35,847 bases of DNA, taken from positions 1-35,847 of the IMG/VR virus record IMGVR_UViG_3300030372_004350; one strand, 5' to 3'. This document shows, piece by piece, positions 10,194 through 19,008 of this stretch. The DNA is from a virus (lineage: Duplodnaviria; Caudoviricetes). The notes beneath the pieces are model-generated. The model had not been told where the DNA came from, did no database searches, and saw nothing but the letters and a program-made list of their open reading frames with translations. A program made the translations under genes and the position numbers. Position 1 is the stretch's first letter. Each line of letters starts with the position of its first letter.

Positions 10194-13100
10194 TGGAACA
10201 GCCTAGACGAAAACGAGTAACGCTTACAGAACCGTTGGTTGTCAGCGATATTACCCCCCCTGAACCTGGCGAGGCAGAAGAGCCTTCTTACAAGCTTTCG
10301 CCGATTCCAGAACAGAAAGCTCCAGACCCTAGAATCCCTAAGCAACTGCCTGGCCCTGCGGAAACAGCAAAAGCTGTCGGTGGTTTTGTTGGTGAAACAT
10401 TTGTTAAGCCCGTTCTTCGGACTGGCCAGTTCGTCAAAGGCGCTGCTCTGGGCGTTCAAAGTATTTTCGATCACATCGTAAGCGGCTTAGCAGCTAACGA
10501 AGCCATGAACGGGTTGCTGTTACGGCTTGAAAATCCCAACCTAACTCAAGCGCAGCGTGATGCAATCATCGATCAGATGGAAGATACAGAGAACATCTTG
10601 GTCGATGAGAGCCCGCTGTATAAAGTATACAAAGAAGTTGATAACGAACTTGACACCCGTTTTAAAAACAACAGCAGTTACACAAATGCGATCAGCGATT
10701 TCGGTGAAGTAGTTAGCACCTTTCCTATGATGGTAAAGGCGTTCGTTGACGCTGCTTATGATGAAGACCCAGAAACAATGGAAAAGCTTGGGTTTATGAT
10801 GACAGGCGGCGGTGTCATCTCAACGGTTGCTACCTTGAACCCAAATAAAATAGGGCGCAATTTTGACGCTCGGCCTGCATCAGTGATCCTTGGTTTATCG
10901 CCAACGTTCGGCATTGTGGCTCGATCACCAAAAGCCCTGCAAGTTTTACGTGGTAAGTTCGGTAAACAAACGGATGTCTTACTGCGTGCTGTTGAAACGT
11001 TTGATAACACAGTCCGATCAGGCATGGCTAAAGTTGCTGAAAGTGAGTTGCCTGGAAGAGTCGTAACTGAAGTAGCCCGGCCGTTTGCAAATGTTTTAGA
11101 GGGAATACCTACCGAAGCAACACGAAGTGTAGCAGCGGGGTTGCGGGGTTTTGGCAAAACAAGTGAGGATGTTGTTCGTGTAGGCGAGGCAAAGACAGCG
11201 CAAGGCGTGCCCGGTGTACGAGGCCAAAAACCTAGAGTTACAGAGTTATTGCCCGGTCAACGATTTTTAACCCCTGGCGATATTGCAGATAGCTTTATTA
11301 GCGGCGCTAAGAAGGGGTTGTTTGCAGGTGAGTTTGTCGCCCCCGGTTTAGTGTTTGCTGCGGCTAGAGTGCTGTACCCAAACACCAGACTGACTCGTAG
11401 TATACAGGGCAAAGTAGGCCGTTTGTTGCGTCACACGTCTGCTCAAAGTGGGGCACCAGCAGAACTAGCAGTCCGTGGTTTAATGATGGCGTCTGCCGAG
11501 CAAAGGAATCGAATGCGGTCAATTGCAGATCGCATAGGCAAAGCAATTCAAGAAGAAGGTCCATGGCGTGATCTTCAAAAGGCTCAAGAACGCTACAACA
11601 AAAAGAAAACAAAAAAGAATAAAAGAGCTTTAGACAAAGCAATGCGCAACTGGGAAGCCGCAGGCAAACCAGAGCCAGCGCTATCGGCTCGTAAGGGCGA
11701 CCGACGCATGGACGTGTTCTTTGAAGGCGAGCCTTTCCAACCCGGACAGAGGCGTAAGATTGACTACGAGTTTACTGAGTCAGGCCAAGAATTTCTTGTA
11801 TCACAGGCAGAAGCAAAATCGGCTTTAAAGCAACTGGAGGAAGCCCAAGCAAGCTTACTAGAAGCCCAGCAAAAGCCGGGGTCTAAGAAGCACACAAACC
11901 AACAGATACGCAGTTTAAACGCACAGATTAAATCACTGAAAGAAGCGATCGACTCTGATGCTAAAGCGGTTTTTCCGAACCAGACCCTACGTCAGGCCGT
12001 TGATGATTTAGGTGCAGTGCTTGACGAAGCAGGTGTAGGCAGTGGTATTGAACTAGTAAAAAATCGTTTAGCTAATGTTGCCGATCGCAATGCAATCTTA
12101 TTGCAAAACGGTGATATAGCAGAACTTGTGATACGCGCTATGAAAAGGCGTTATGGAAATCGGTTGTTGCGCGCGGGTGTTACTGACTCAAAGTTGCGCA
12201 GGTTGATTTCCGACCATGCTGAAGAACCGTACTTTGGCAGTAGTCGTTTGAGTGCTACTATCGACATTGAAGGCATCGGTAGAATAAACCTCGATGATCT
12301 TACCCGCCAAGCGTTCAACTCACTAAAAGCAGACAAACAACGCGAGGTCATGGGGCAAGTAGCCTCGAACGCTGCGTTGCGTTATTCCCAGCTAGTCACT
12401 GAGGCATCAAAAGGTAGAGCGATACAGCGTGAAGCAACTAAGCTAGGGATTGGCAAAGCGCTAGAAGGCGTGCCGCTCGATAGTGTTCAACCACAAGTTT
12501 ATGCAGTCGCTTTAGCAAGAACGTTAGCCCGGAAAGACTTGACCAGAGGCGGCGTTAGTTTGCCTCAAGCTATACCAAAATCAGCGTCTGGTCCTTCTTT
12601 GGCTGCTGCGCTTCGAGATATTGCCTCAGACTCAAGACAGTTAGAAAAGATTTTGCGTGATGAGTTGGGGGGCGATTTTTCGTTTCGAGAACGCCAAAAC
12701 CTTGAGCGGGTATTAAGGCAATCAGCAGACGAGGTTATACATTATGTTTCAGACAGTCCTTATGCGCGGTCGTTTACTGACGAGTTGAAGAGGTCTATTG
12801 CGGACAACACGGCGCTGCCTGATGACGTTCGCAAGCTCGCTCGAGATGCTACCGTCGGTGAATATGCGTATTCTCCGGGGTTAGCAGGTACTTTAACTTG
12901 GTTAGATAAATACCAAGCCAAGCCAGGGTTTTGGCGTGATTTAGTGATGCTGTTCAAAGGCAACGCTACGGTTCGCAATATAACTCCGCACATCAACAAC
13001 TCTGTAGGCAACATTTCGCGTGCGATGTTAAGCGGCGACGAAGGCCCTCGTCAGTTTGTTGTCAACAGCTACCGGGACGGTTTAGTTTATTTAGATCACA

Positions 13101-14902
13101 AAGCAGGCAAGCTTGGTAACTACAGGAGGAACACGACTCCGGGCTCAGAGGAGTATTTTACCAATCGCGCAGCAGTAGCCGTTGATGAGTCGGGCGTTGG
13201 CAACACGGACTTTGTTGCAGGTGAGTTACTGCGGAGTACGCGCGCTAACTTAACTGGTCAAAACTTTGCAGGCGATATGATGCGTAAACTGCAAACTTTC
13301 GGTGATACTAAACTTGGCTACATCCCACGTAAGCTAAATGAACTTGCCAGCAAAGCATATGCAAAAGAAGATAACTTACCCAAGGTTCACATCGGCATGG
13401 ACCGAGCCCGTCAGACGTTCAGAGACTTATTTGAACTAGAACCAGGCGCTCAGATCACCATACAAACCTCACCGGTATCAACAAGAACACTGTTCAAAGA
13501 CAAAGCCGGTAATCTTCGTGAAGGCAAGCCGTCAAACCCGGGCAGGCTTCTCAGTGAAAATGACATCAATAAAATTGTTGCGGCAGATGTGCGTCGGCAT
13601 GTTCAAAAGTTTGTTGTTAGTTACGACGAGCGCAGTGGTTTGAATAGGTTTGTTGTTTCTAATCCGGCGCTTGCGCCTTTCAATCCGTTCTTTACGTTTA
13701 CTGATAAAGCAGCGGGTTTAGGCGGGCGAAAAGGCTTTGTTGAACACTTGCTGTTCCCGGAAGATGGGTTGACAAGCACGTCGCCTAAAGTGGCTTTGCG
13801 TCAAATCAAGCAACAAGCTGCGCTTGCAGCCAGAAGAGCAGTGTTGGTTAATTCTTTTCAAACGCTCGCCTCAACTCAAGAGAACCTTTTAGCTCAGGCT
13901 CTGGCGTTTGACCCAGGCGTACCAAACAAAGTTATTTTTGAAATGCTTACCGATCCTGACGCTATGATGTATCGTGATATTTCAGGTATGTCTGTGTTTG
14001 GCCCCGGAGAAGTTAAGTATCGAGCATATGCTTGGGCTATGGGCAACATGATGAAAATGTTTGGCATAGATAAGCGCAAAGATTTAACAGCAAAACAAAA
14101 GAGGTTCTTCAACAACCTAAACAATGGTGAGGTTGCAAACATCGGAACTATCGGATCGATCTTTGGTGTTGATCGAGGGCCTGGGTTATCTGCTCTCGAG
14201 ATTGTTATTAACAAAGGACGGGATCGTTACGGCGAGCCTCTTAACTTAGTTAATGAAACAATCAAAAGAGTAGCTCCGTTTGCGGTGCCTGCGCCATTAG
14301 CTGTTGCGTTGCGGGAGTTGGTCACCGCATCGGTCGATGATCTAGCCATTTTTAGTGGCAGGCAAATGGATATTGATGATGTGCAACTCAACGAAGAGCG
14401 GACGGATTATTTACTACGCAGGTTTCTTCTTCAGGGCGGCCGCAAGATTCGGTTTGCGGGCTCAACCAAGTCAGTCATGGAGCGCAAAATCAGACGCATC
14501 GAAGATCACGAACAGGTGCTTAGGAAACAACTGGAAACTCGTTTGCAGTTACTCACAAACGAAAAGCGGGAGTTAGAGCGGCAGATTAAAAAGAACAAAG
14601 AAGGAGGCAACGTCCCTGCGGGTATGCAGATTGAGGAAGAAGGCGATATAGCGGTCTTGGTCAGCGATTTAACGAAAAAACTAGAGAAGAAAAAGAAAGC
14701 TATTGAAAACACCACAAACAACATGCGCAGCGCTTACCGTCGTTTAGCTGTTGTTACAAAAGAGGAAATTATACGTCTCAAGGAAGCGTACGAACAAGTT
14801 CAGAGGATAGGTTCTTTAAGCAAGCGTTTGCGGGCTAGAATGCCTACCGAAAAAGTGCGGTCCCTTCAAGAGCGTCGTCGTATTATGAAGGAGGCGCAAT
14901 GA
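10193..14902 (+). CDS. Putative large internal virion / DNA ejection protein 3
   Basis: 1569 aa, helical, no Cys, TAATG coupling. Largest gene, at the end of the ejection cluster. Confidence 0.6.
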   Translation: MEQPRRKRVTLTEPLVVSDITPPEPGEAEEPSYKLSPIPEQKAPDPRIPKQLPGPAETAKAVGGFVGETFVKPVLRTGQFVKGAALGVQSIFDHIVSGLAANEAMNGLLLRLENPNLTQAQRDAIIDQMEDTENILVDESPLYKVYKEVDNELDTRFKNNSSYTNAISDFGEVVSTFPMMVKAFVDAAYDEDPETMEKLGFMMTGGGVISTVATLNPNKIGRNFDARPASVILGLSPTFGIVARSPKALQVLRGKFGKQTDVLLRAVETFDNTVRSGMAKVAESELPGRVVTEVARPFANVLEGIPTEATRSVAAGLRGFGKTSEDVVRVGEAKTAQGVPGVRGQKPRVTELLPGQRFLTPGDIADSFISGAKKGLFAGEFVAPGLVFAAARVLYPNTRLTRSIQGKVGRLLRHTSAQSGAPAELAVRGLMMASAEQRNRMRSIADRIGKAIQEEGPWRDLQKAQERYNKKKTKKNKRALDKAMRNWEAAGKPEPALSARKGDRRMDVFFEGEPFQPGQRRKIDYEFTESGQEFLVSQAEAKSALKQLEEAQASLLEAQQKPGSKKHTNQQIRSLNAQIKSLKEAIDSDAKAVFPNQTLRQAVDDLGAVLDEAGVGSGIELVKNRLANVADRNAILLQNGDIAELVIRAMKRRYGNRLLRAGVTDSKLRRLISDHAEEPYFGSSRLSATIDIEGIGRINLDDLTRQAFNSLKADKQREVMGQVASNAALRYSQLVTEASKGRAIQREATKLGIGKALEGVPLDSVQPQVYAVALARTLARKDLTRGGVSLPQAIPKSASGPSLAAALRDIASDSRQLEKILRDELGGDFSFRERQNLERVLRQSADEVIHYVSDSPYARSFTDELKRSIADNTALPDDVRKLARDATVGEYAYSPGLAGTLTWLDKYQAKPGFWRDLVMLFKGNATVRNITPHINNSVGNISRAMLSGDEGPRQFVVNSYRDGLVYLDHKAGKLGNYRRNTTPGSEEYFTNRAAVAVDESGVGNTDFVAGELLRSTRANLTGQNFAGDMMRKLQTFGDTKLGYIPRKLNELASKAYAKEDNLPKVHIGMDRARQTFRDLFELEPGAQITIQTSPVSTRTLFKDKAGNLREGKPSNPGRLLSENDINKIVAADVRRHVQKFVVSYDERSGLNRFVVSNPALAPFNPFFTFTDKAAGLGGRKGFVEHLLFPEDGLTSTSPKVALRQIKQQAALAARRAVLVNSFQTLASTQENLLAQALAFDPGVPNKVIFEMLTDPDAMMYRDISGMSVFGPGEVKYRAYAWAMGNMMKMFGIDKRKDLTAKQKRFFNNLNNGEVANIGTIGSIFGVDRGPGLSALEIVINKGRDRYGEPLNLVNETIKRVAPFAVPAPLAVALRELVTASVDDLAIFSGRQMDIDDVQLNEERTDYLLRRFLLQGGRKIRFAGSTKSVMERKIRRIEDHEQVLRKQLETRLQLLTNEKRELERQIKKNKEGGNVPAGMQIEEEGDIAVLVSDLTKKLEKKKKAIENTTNNMRSAYRRLAVVTKEEIIRLKEAYEQVQRIGSLSKRLRARMPTEKVRSLQERRRIMKEAQ

Positions 14903-15288
14903 GCCACGGTTACCCGCCAAACTTTAACCCGTCGGAGTTTCATTGTAAGTGCGGGACGTACTGCGATGGCCCCTCTCCGCACATGGATAAGACCCGCCAT
15001 CTTGCTTGGACGCTACAAGCGATCCGGGATGAAGTGGTAGCTCCTATAAAGATTAACAGCGGGTATCGATGCCCTAAACACAATGAAGCCATCGGTGGCG
15101 CTGAGCATTCCTACCACGTCCGAGGTATGGCAGCAGACCTAGACTGTCCTGCACTTTCTCCCGAAGAACTGGCTAATACTATTGAAGATATGATGGAACA
15201 CGGGCAAATTCCCAACGGCGGGTTAGGACGTTACAACACGTTTACGCACATCGACATCCGCCACCAGAAGGGACGGTGGTCAGGATGA
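14899..15288 (+). CDS. Peptidase M15A family zinc peptidase (probable endolysin)
   Basis: EFxCxC, 'INSGYRCPKHN..IGGA..SYH..GMAAD' and 'GLGRY..FTHIDIR' motifs of Peptidase_M15_3. Confidence 0.9.
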   Translation: MSHGYPPNFNPSEFHCKCGTYCDGPSPHMDKTRHLAWTLQAIRDEVVAPIKINSGYRCPKHNEAIGGAEHSYHVRGMAADLDCPALSPEELANTIEDMMEHGQIPNGGLGRYNTFTHIDIRHQKGRWSG

Positions 15289-15968
15289 GGCGTCATCATT
15301 ACAGAGCATACGGCGGCAGCGTTGGTCAGTTAAAACCGGCAGTGGTAACCCCTGACGCATTATTGAGGTTAGAAAACTTTTCAGGCAACGTTGCTGCCTC
15401 AAAGTGGTTTGACGTATCCAACTCCAATAACGATGGCACGCCAGCAGACGCTGATTTATTGAGCGATTATGTGTTTGATGGTGTCGTTGATTTTGTGCAA
15501 CTGGCAAGCACTGATCCTTCGGCAAGCTTTTCAGCCGATTGGACAATCACATTTTGGTACAAGCGCAACCTAAGCGTAAACAAGTCTACCATCATCGACA
15601 CTCGCGACGGCAGCAGCGGTGGGTACACCATCTTAGATAACAATGGCGCTGCAATAGGAAACTACACAGTACAATTGCGTAATCCTAATGTCGGTCTGGC
15701 AGACAGTTTCGTTGGCACTGACTCAAACTGGCATTTCGGTGCGTTGGTAAACGATTCAGGGGCTAGGATTACAAGCTACATTGATGGCGAAGTGTTTAAA
15801 ACCACAGCAACCGCACATGCTTATCAGCCAGGTATAGCCATGCTAGTAGGCAAGGGTGCAAACAACTTCTTTATTGGAGCTTGTGATACTGTCCGCAGCT
15901 ATCCAAGAATGCTGTCCGCAGATGAAATCAAACGTGATTACTATGTAGGAACCCCGGAGCACTCATGA
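15285..15968 (+). CDS. LamG / concanavalin A-like lectin domain protein (putative head or tail fibre)
   Basis: 'WFDVSNSNNDGT', 'FDGVVDFV', 'WTITFW', 'WHF', 'YIDG', 'Y.RmLSadEI...Y' LamG pattern. ATG at 15285 overlaps the upstream TGA. Confidence 0.8.
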   Translation: MRRHHYRAYGGSVGQLKPAVVTPDALLRLENFSGNVAASKWFDVSNSNNDGTPADADLLSDYVFDGVVDFVQLASTDPSASFSADWTITFWYKRNLSVNKSTIIDTRDGSSGGYTILDNNGAAIGNYTVQLRNPNVGLADSFVGTDSNWHFGALVNDSGARITSYIDGEVFKTTATAHAYQPGIAMLVGKGANNFFIGACDTVRSYPRMLSADEIKRDYYVGTPEHS

Positions 15969-16165
15969 GTAACTATGCGTTTATGACTAAAGAAAAATAC
16001 AATGAGATTGCGGAAAGTCTAGTTCACGGGGTCCGCTTTTCAGTTGATGACGAGCAAGCGGTCGCTAAACTGGCGGACGGACAAGAGCCTGAAGGTACAA
16101 CGATTCGCAACCACGAAGAGGCTTTAATAATAGTACAGTCACCACCTTGGGTGCCTGAGGAATAG
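15965..16165 (+). CDS. Small hypothetical phage protein
   Basis: 66 aa, ATGA-coupled. 'vRfSvD...vaK...nHeEal.i....W' resembles a small family often found next to LamG genes in aquatic phages (from recall, unverified). Confidence 0.6.
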   Translation: MSNYAFMTKEKYNEIAESLVHGVRFSVDDEQAVAKLADGQEPEGTTIRNHEEALIIVQSPPWVPEE

Positions 16166-16173
16166 GAGTCATC

Positions 16174-16386
16174 ATGACTAACTACATTTACTCGACGGTC
16201 GAGATTAATGGACGCCAAGTCGAGGTGCGCCGAGAGGCTCCTGCACCTGCGCCAGTGGCTGAATCTGAGATCGACTATTCAGAACTTACAAAGAAGGCGT
16301 TGATTGCTCTGGCGGAAGAACGCTCAGTTGAGGTATCGAGCCGTATGACTAAGGCTAAGATTATCGCTGCCTTGGAAGGAAACTAA
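16174..16386 (+). CDS. Small protein with C-terminal HeH/Rho-N/SAP-like domain
   Basis: 'YSELTKKALIALAEERSVEVSSRMTKAKIIAAL' helix-extension-helix pattern. AGGAG RBS. Confidence 0.7.
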   Translation: MTNYIYSTVEINGRQVEVRREAPAPAPVAESEIDYSELTKKALIALAEERSVEVSSRMTKAKIIAALEGN

Positions 16387-16387
16387 G

Positions 16388-16720
16388 ATGGCATTCATCC
16401 GTAATCCTCAAGTAGCCAATAGCCCAATGGCTAACGCTAATACACAAGGCGCTGATGTTTCAGCGATCGTGACCAAGGGCTCAACGGGCACCATCTTTGG
16501 TAGCGGTGGCTTGTACACTGAAGGGTACTACCTGATCCTTCAGAACACGGGCACGGTTAACCTTGAGGTGTTGTTCAACGCATCAGCTGACGGCATTATC
16601 CTTTACCCTGCTGCTACCTTTGAGGTGGCTGTCTCCGAAGGCACCAAAGTGTTGCTCAAGAACACGACGGCAGCAGTCGGCGGTACTGACGGGGCTGCCC
16701 AAGTCCTACTGTTTGCATAA
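16388..16720 (+). CDS. Small beta-sandwich virion protein (possible capsid spike base or decoration)
   Basis: 110 aa. 'LILQNTGTVNLEV...GIILYPAATFEV' jelly-roll-like pattern. Last gene of the late arm. Confidence 0.5.
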   Translation: MAFIRNPQVANSPMANANTQGADVSAIVTKGSTGTIFGSGGLYTEGYYLILQNTGTVNLEVLFNASADGIILYPAATFEVAVSEGTKVLLKNTTAAVGGTDGAAQVLLFA

Positions 16721-16818
16721 CACCCAGACTTCCTGTAAGGAGCACCTAAGCCTTCTCTGAAGGTTTGGGGTACCCGAAAGGGTGTGAAGGTCCGGGGTGG
16801 TTCCCGGACTTTCTTTTT
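16721..16818 (+). ncRNA. Candidate structured 3'-UTR RNA / sRNA
   Basis: Consecutive hairpins: CCTAAGCCTTC-TCT-GAAGGTTTGGG (16745-16769), TACCC-GAAA-GGGTG (16771-16784), then a terminator. G-U pairs and the GNRA loop work on the + strand. Confidence 0.4.
16788..16818 (+). terminator. Rho-independent terminator ending the late arm
   Basis: GTCCGGG-GTGGTT-CCCGGAC followed by TTTCTTTTT, at the convergence of the two arms. Confidence 0.8.
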
Positions 16819-17206
16819 AAAGCAACCCTTTCAGCGAATCAAAGATATTAGCCAGCCGATCATGCAGTGCATCAGCCCTAGCGTTAGCGTCTCTCAGTGC
16901 CTGCTCTTTCTTGCTCAGTTGCTTGACCATACCCTCGGCTGCGGCTTGCGCCTCAGCTACTCTGCGGCGGCACTCTCGCTTCTCTTGGCGCAGTTCTTTC
17001 TCAGTGTTATGGACTAACTCTCGCAGCCCTTTGAGCTTATCGTTGCGAGCATCGCATCGCTGCCTAAGAATAACCACCTTCTTACGCTCGCTTGCTAAAG
17101 CTGCCTCAAGTTTACGGATCTCAATCTTGTTGTCTTCAATCTTTTGAAGCTTGCGTCGTAGTTTAACGTTCTCGCCGACGACGCCTTCGATCAGTGTCTT
17201 ACTCAT
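16817..17206 (-). CDS. Hypothetical coiled-coil protein
   Basis: 129 aa of K/E/R/L heptads. Overlaps the ATPase stop. Confidence 0.7.
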   Translation of the reverse strand: MSKTLIEGVVGENVKLRRKLQKIEDNKIEIRKLEAALASERKKVVILRQRCDARNDKLKGLRELVHNTEKELRQEKRECRRRVAEAQAAAEGMVKQLSKKEQALRDANARADALHDRLANIFDSLKGLL

Positions 17207-17870
17207 TGTTTACTTTTCCCAATCGGCGATCTGGTCCCTTGAGCACCATCATGCCTTCAGTCATTTCAATCATTCTGCTAACGATGTGGTCACCATACAT
17301 GCGCTCTAGTTGTTCCCATGAAACGATGTTCGTGTTCATAAACGTCGGGCGATCATGGGCGTGACGCTCTTGCATGATAAATCGAATCATACTGAGTTGT
17401 GATTCAGTTGGTTTTCGCCGAGACCCACCTAGATCATCGAGCAGAAGCAAAGGCGCTTTGGCGACTCGGTCAATGTACGATGCCCTGCCAGAGTATCCAC
17501 CAGACGCAGAGCGATCAGCGTTTATAAATAGGCCAGCCTCGGTCAGCCAAATCGGCAATCGATTTTCGCCAGGACCCCCTTCTCTATAGTGTCGCGTGCG
17601 TCGAGCGCAGTAGTCATTGAACGCTGCAGTGGTCCAAGTCGTTTTACCTCGACCCACCTCACCGCTCACCAGCAACCAACCCGTATGGCGATCACCGGCT
17701 AAGCGAGCATCAATGACGCTAGCGAGATTGCAGTTGTGCTCATCTCGGAGCAGTGCCTTACGCACGTCAACGGGTGAGCTGACTTCGCTGCGCGTCCAGA
17801 GTCGGTAGGCTTTAGGTACACCGCTGCGCTTCAGGATCGTCATCAGATCCTCGAGGTCATACAGATCCAT
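17199..17870 (-). CDS. DnaC/IstB-like AAA+ ATPase (helicase loader)
   Basis: Walker A GEVGRGKT, Walker B LLLLDDLG, 'R...RPT..TN', 'SR..EM......G.D.R'. Start at 17870 is coupled (TGATG) to the MTase stop. Confidence 0.85.
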   Translation of the reverse strand: MDLYDLEDLMTILKRSGVPKAYRLWTRSEVSSPVDVRKALLRDEHNCNLASVIDARLAGDRHTGWLLVSGEVGRGKTTWTTAAFNDYCARRTRHYREGGPGENRLPIWLTEAGLFINADRSASGGYSGRASYIDRVAKAPLLLLDDLGGSRRKPTESQLSMIRFIMQERHAHDRPTFMNTNIVSWEQLERMYGDHIVSRMIEMTEGMMVLKGPDRRLGKVNNE

Positions 17871-18582
17871 CAGACACCTGCCTTTGCTCTGAGTTGATGC
17901 CATGCGAACGGCACCACGCTTGCCACTTGTCCATTGCCAAGGGCTTTAAGTCTGTCCATCCGATGGGCCAAGCCATCAACCACGCGATCCACGGCGGGTT
18001 CAGCTTGCCACCAACCTGCGCCCCCAGTGTCGGCGTGTTGCGCTGATGCTCTGAGGGGTACCCTCCCTCCTTGGCGTTGTGCGCTGTCGGTGTAGGCAAG
18101 TACCCAGAGCCTGTCCCTCTCATGAGGGGCGCCGATGGCCGAAGCGGGAAAGCAATCCCAGACCGAATCATACCCGATCTCGGCCAAGTCTCCGAGTACC
18201 TGTCCAAGGTATCCATTCCCAGCGCTAAGCAAGCCTGGGACGTTCTCCAGTAAGACAAACCTTGGTCCGACTTCGCTAACGATGCGAAGGGTTGCGGGCC
18301 ATCCGTTGCGCTCATCGTCCCCTGCTGCCTGCTTACCGGCAACACTAAAAGGTTGGCACGGGAATCCCGCAGTGACGACATCCACGATTCCAGACCAAGC
18401 GTTCCCGTCAAAAGTGTTGCAGTCGTCCCAGATTGGGAACAGGGGAAGCACACCGTCTCGCTGCCTTCGGAGGAGCACCTCTCGGCAATACGGCTCTTTC
18501 TCCACGGCGCAGACGGTTCGCCATCCGAGCAAGTGGGCGCCGAGGATACCCCCACCAGCTCCGGCAAATAATGCCAACTCAT
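17857..18582 (-). CDS. Alternative-frame polypeptide carrying C5-MTase motif IX (EcoHK31I beta-like)
   Basis: 241-codon open frame fully overlapping the MTase. Contains 'LPTPTA' and 'GKLNPPWIAWLMAWPIGWT', resembling motif IX. True start may be internal. Confidence 0.65.
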   Translation of the reverse strand: MSWHYLPELVGVSSAPTCSDGEPSAPWRKSRIAERCSSEGSETVCFPCSQSGTTATLLTGTLGLESWMSSLRDSRANLLVLPVSRQQGTMSATDGPQPFASLAKSDQGLSYWRTSQACLALGMDTLDRYSETWPRSGMIRSGIAFPLRPSAPLMRGTGSGYLPTPTAHNAKEGGYPSEHQRNTPTLGAQVGGKLNPPWIAWLMAWPIGWTDLKPLAMDKWQAWCRSHGINSEQRQVSDGSV

Positions 18583-18586
18583 TCAT
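17870..18586 (-). CDS. DNA (cytosine-5)-methyltransferase, alpha-type polypeptide (motifs I-VIII and X)
   Basis: LFAGAGG (I), GFPCQPFS (IV), ENVPGL (VI), PHERDRLW (VIII), RLKALGNG (X). No motif IX in this frame. Confidence 0.92.
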   Translation of the reverse strand: MNELALFAGAGGGILGAHLLGWRTVCAVEKEPYCREVLLRRQRDGVLPLFPIWDDCNTFDGNAWSGIVDVVTAGFPCQPFSVAGKQAAGDDERNGWPATLRIVSEVGPRFVLLENVPGLLSAGNGYLGQVLGDLAEIGYDSVWDCFPASAIGAPHERDRLWVLAYTDSAQRQGGRVPLRASAQHADTGGAGWWQAEPAVDRVVDGLAHRMDRLKALGNGQVASVVPFAWHQLRAKAGV

Positions 18587-19008
18587 AAACCCGTCCATGG
18601 ATGGAGCGTATGCAAGCAAACCCAGATACCTTCAGGCTCACCGAACTTTGCAATGACCTTGCACGATCTCTTCATGCAGATCTGCGAGTCATCTTCCATG
18701 AGATCGCAAAGCGCGTCGGTGATGCTCTTCTCGATGTTGTCTAGGTCGGGGCGTTTCGTGTGCCATCGCACAACTTGCTTGTCGTCTTTCTTTGCAGACT
18801 TTGGGCAGCGGAATCGAAAGGTCAGCTGCAACTCCAGCGGCTCGCCGGTCTTGTCCCAGCCTTGTTCCTTGGCTGCTGCAAGCGCTAACACCTGCGCATA
18901 CTTCTTAAACTCAGTTACCCGCTTGGGTTGGTACCCTCCCCTCTTACCCATGCGGAAACTTTGTTTGGCGATCGGTCGAGTATCGACGAAAAATTCAATG
19001 CGGCTCAT
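18583..19008 (-). CDS. rusA: RusA-family Holliday junction resolvase
   Basis: 'KRPDLDNIEKSITDAL...DDSQI' catalytic signature. Confidence 0.9.
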   Translation of the reverse strand: MSRIEFFVDTRPIAKQSFRMGKRGGYQPKRVTEFKKYAQVLALAAAKEQGWDKTGEPLELQLTFRFRCPKSAKKDDKQVVRWHTKRPDLDNIEKSITDALCDLMEDDSQICMKRSCKVIAKFGEPEGIWVCLHTLHPWTGL

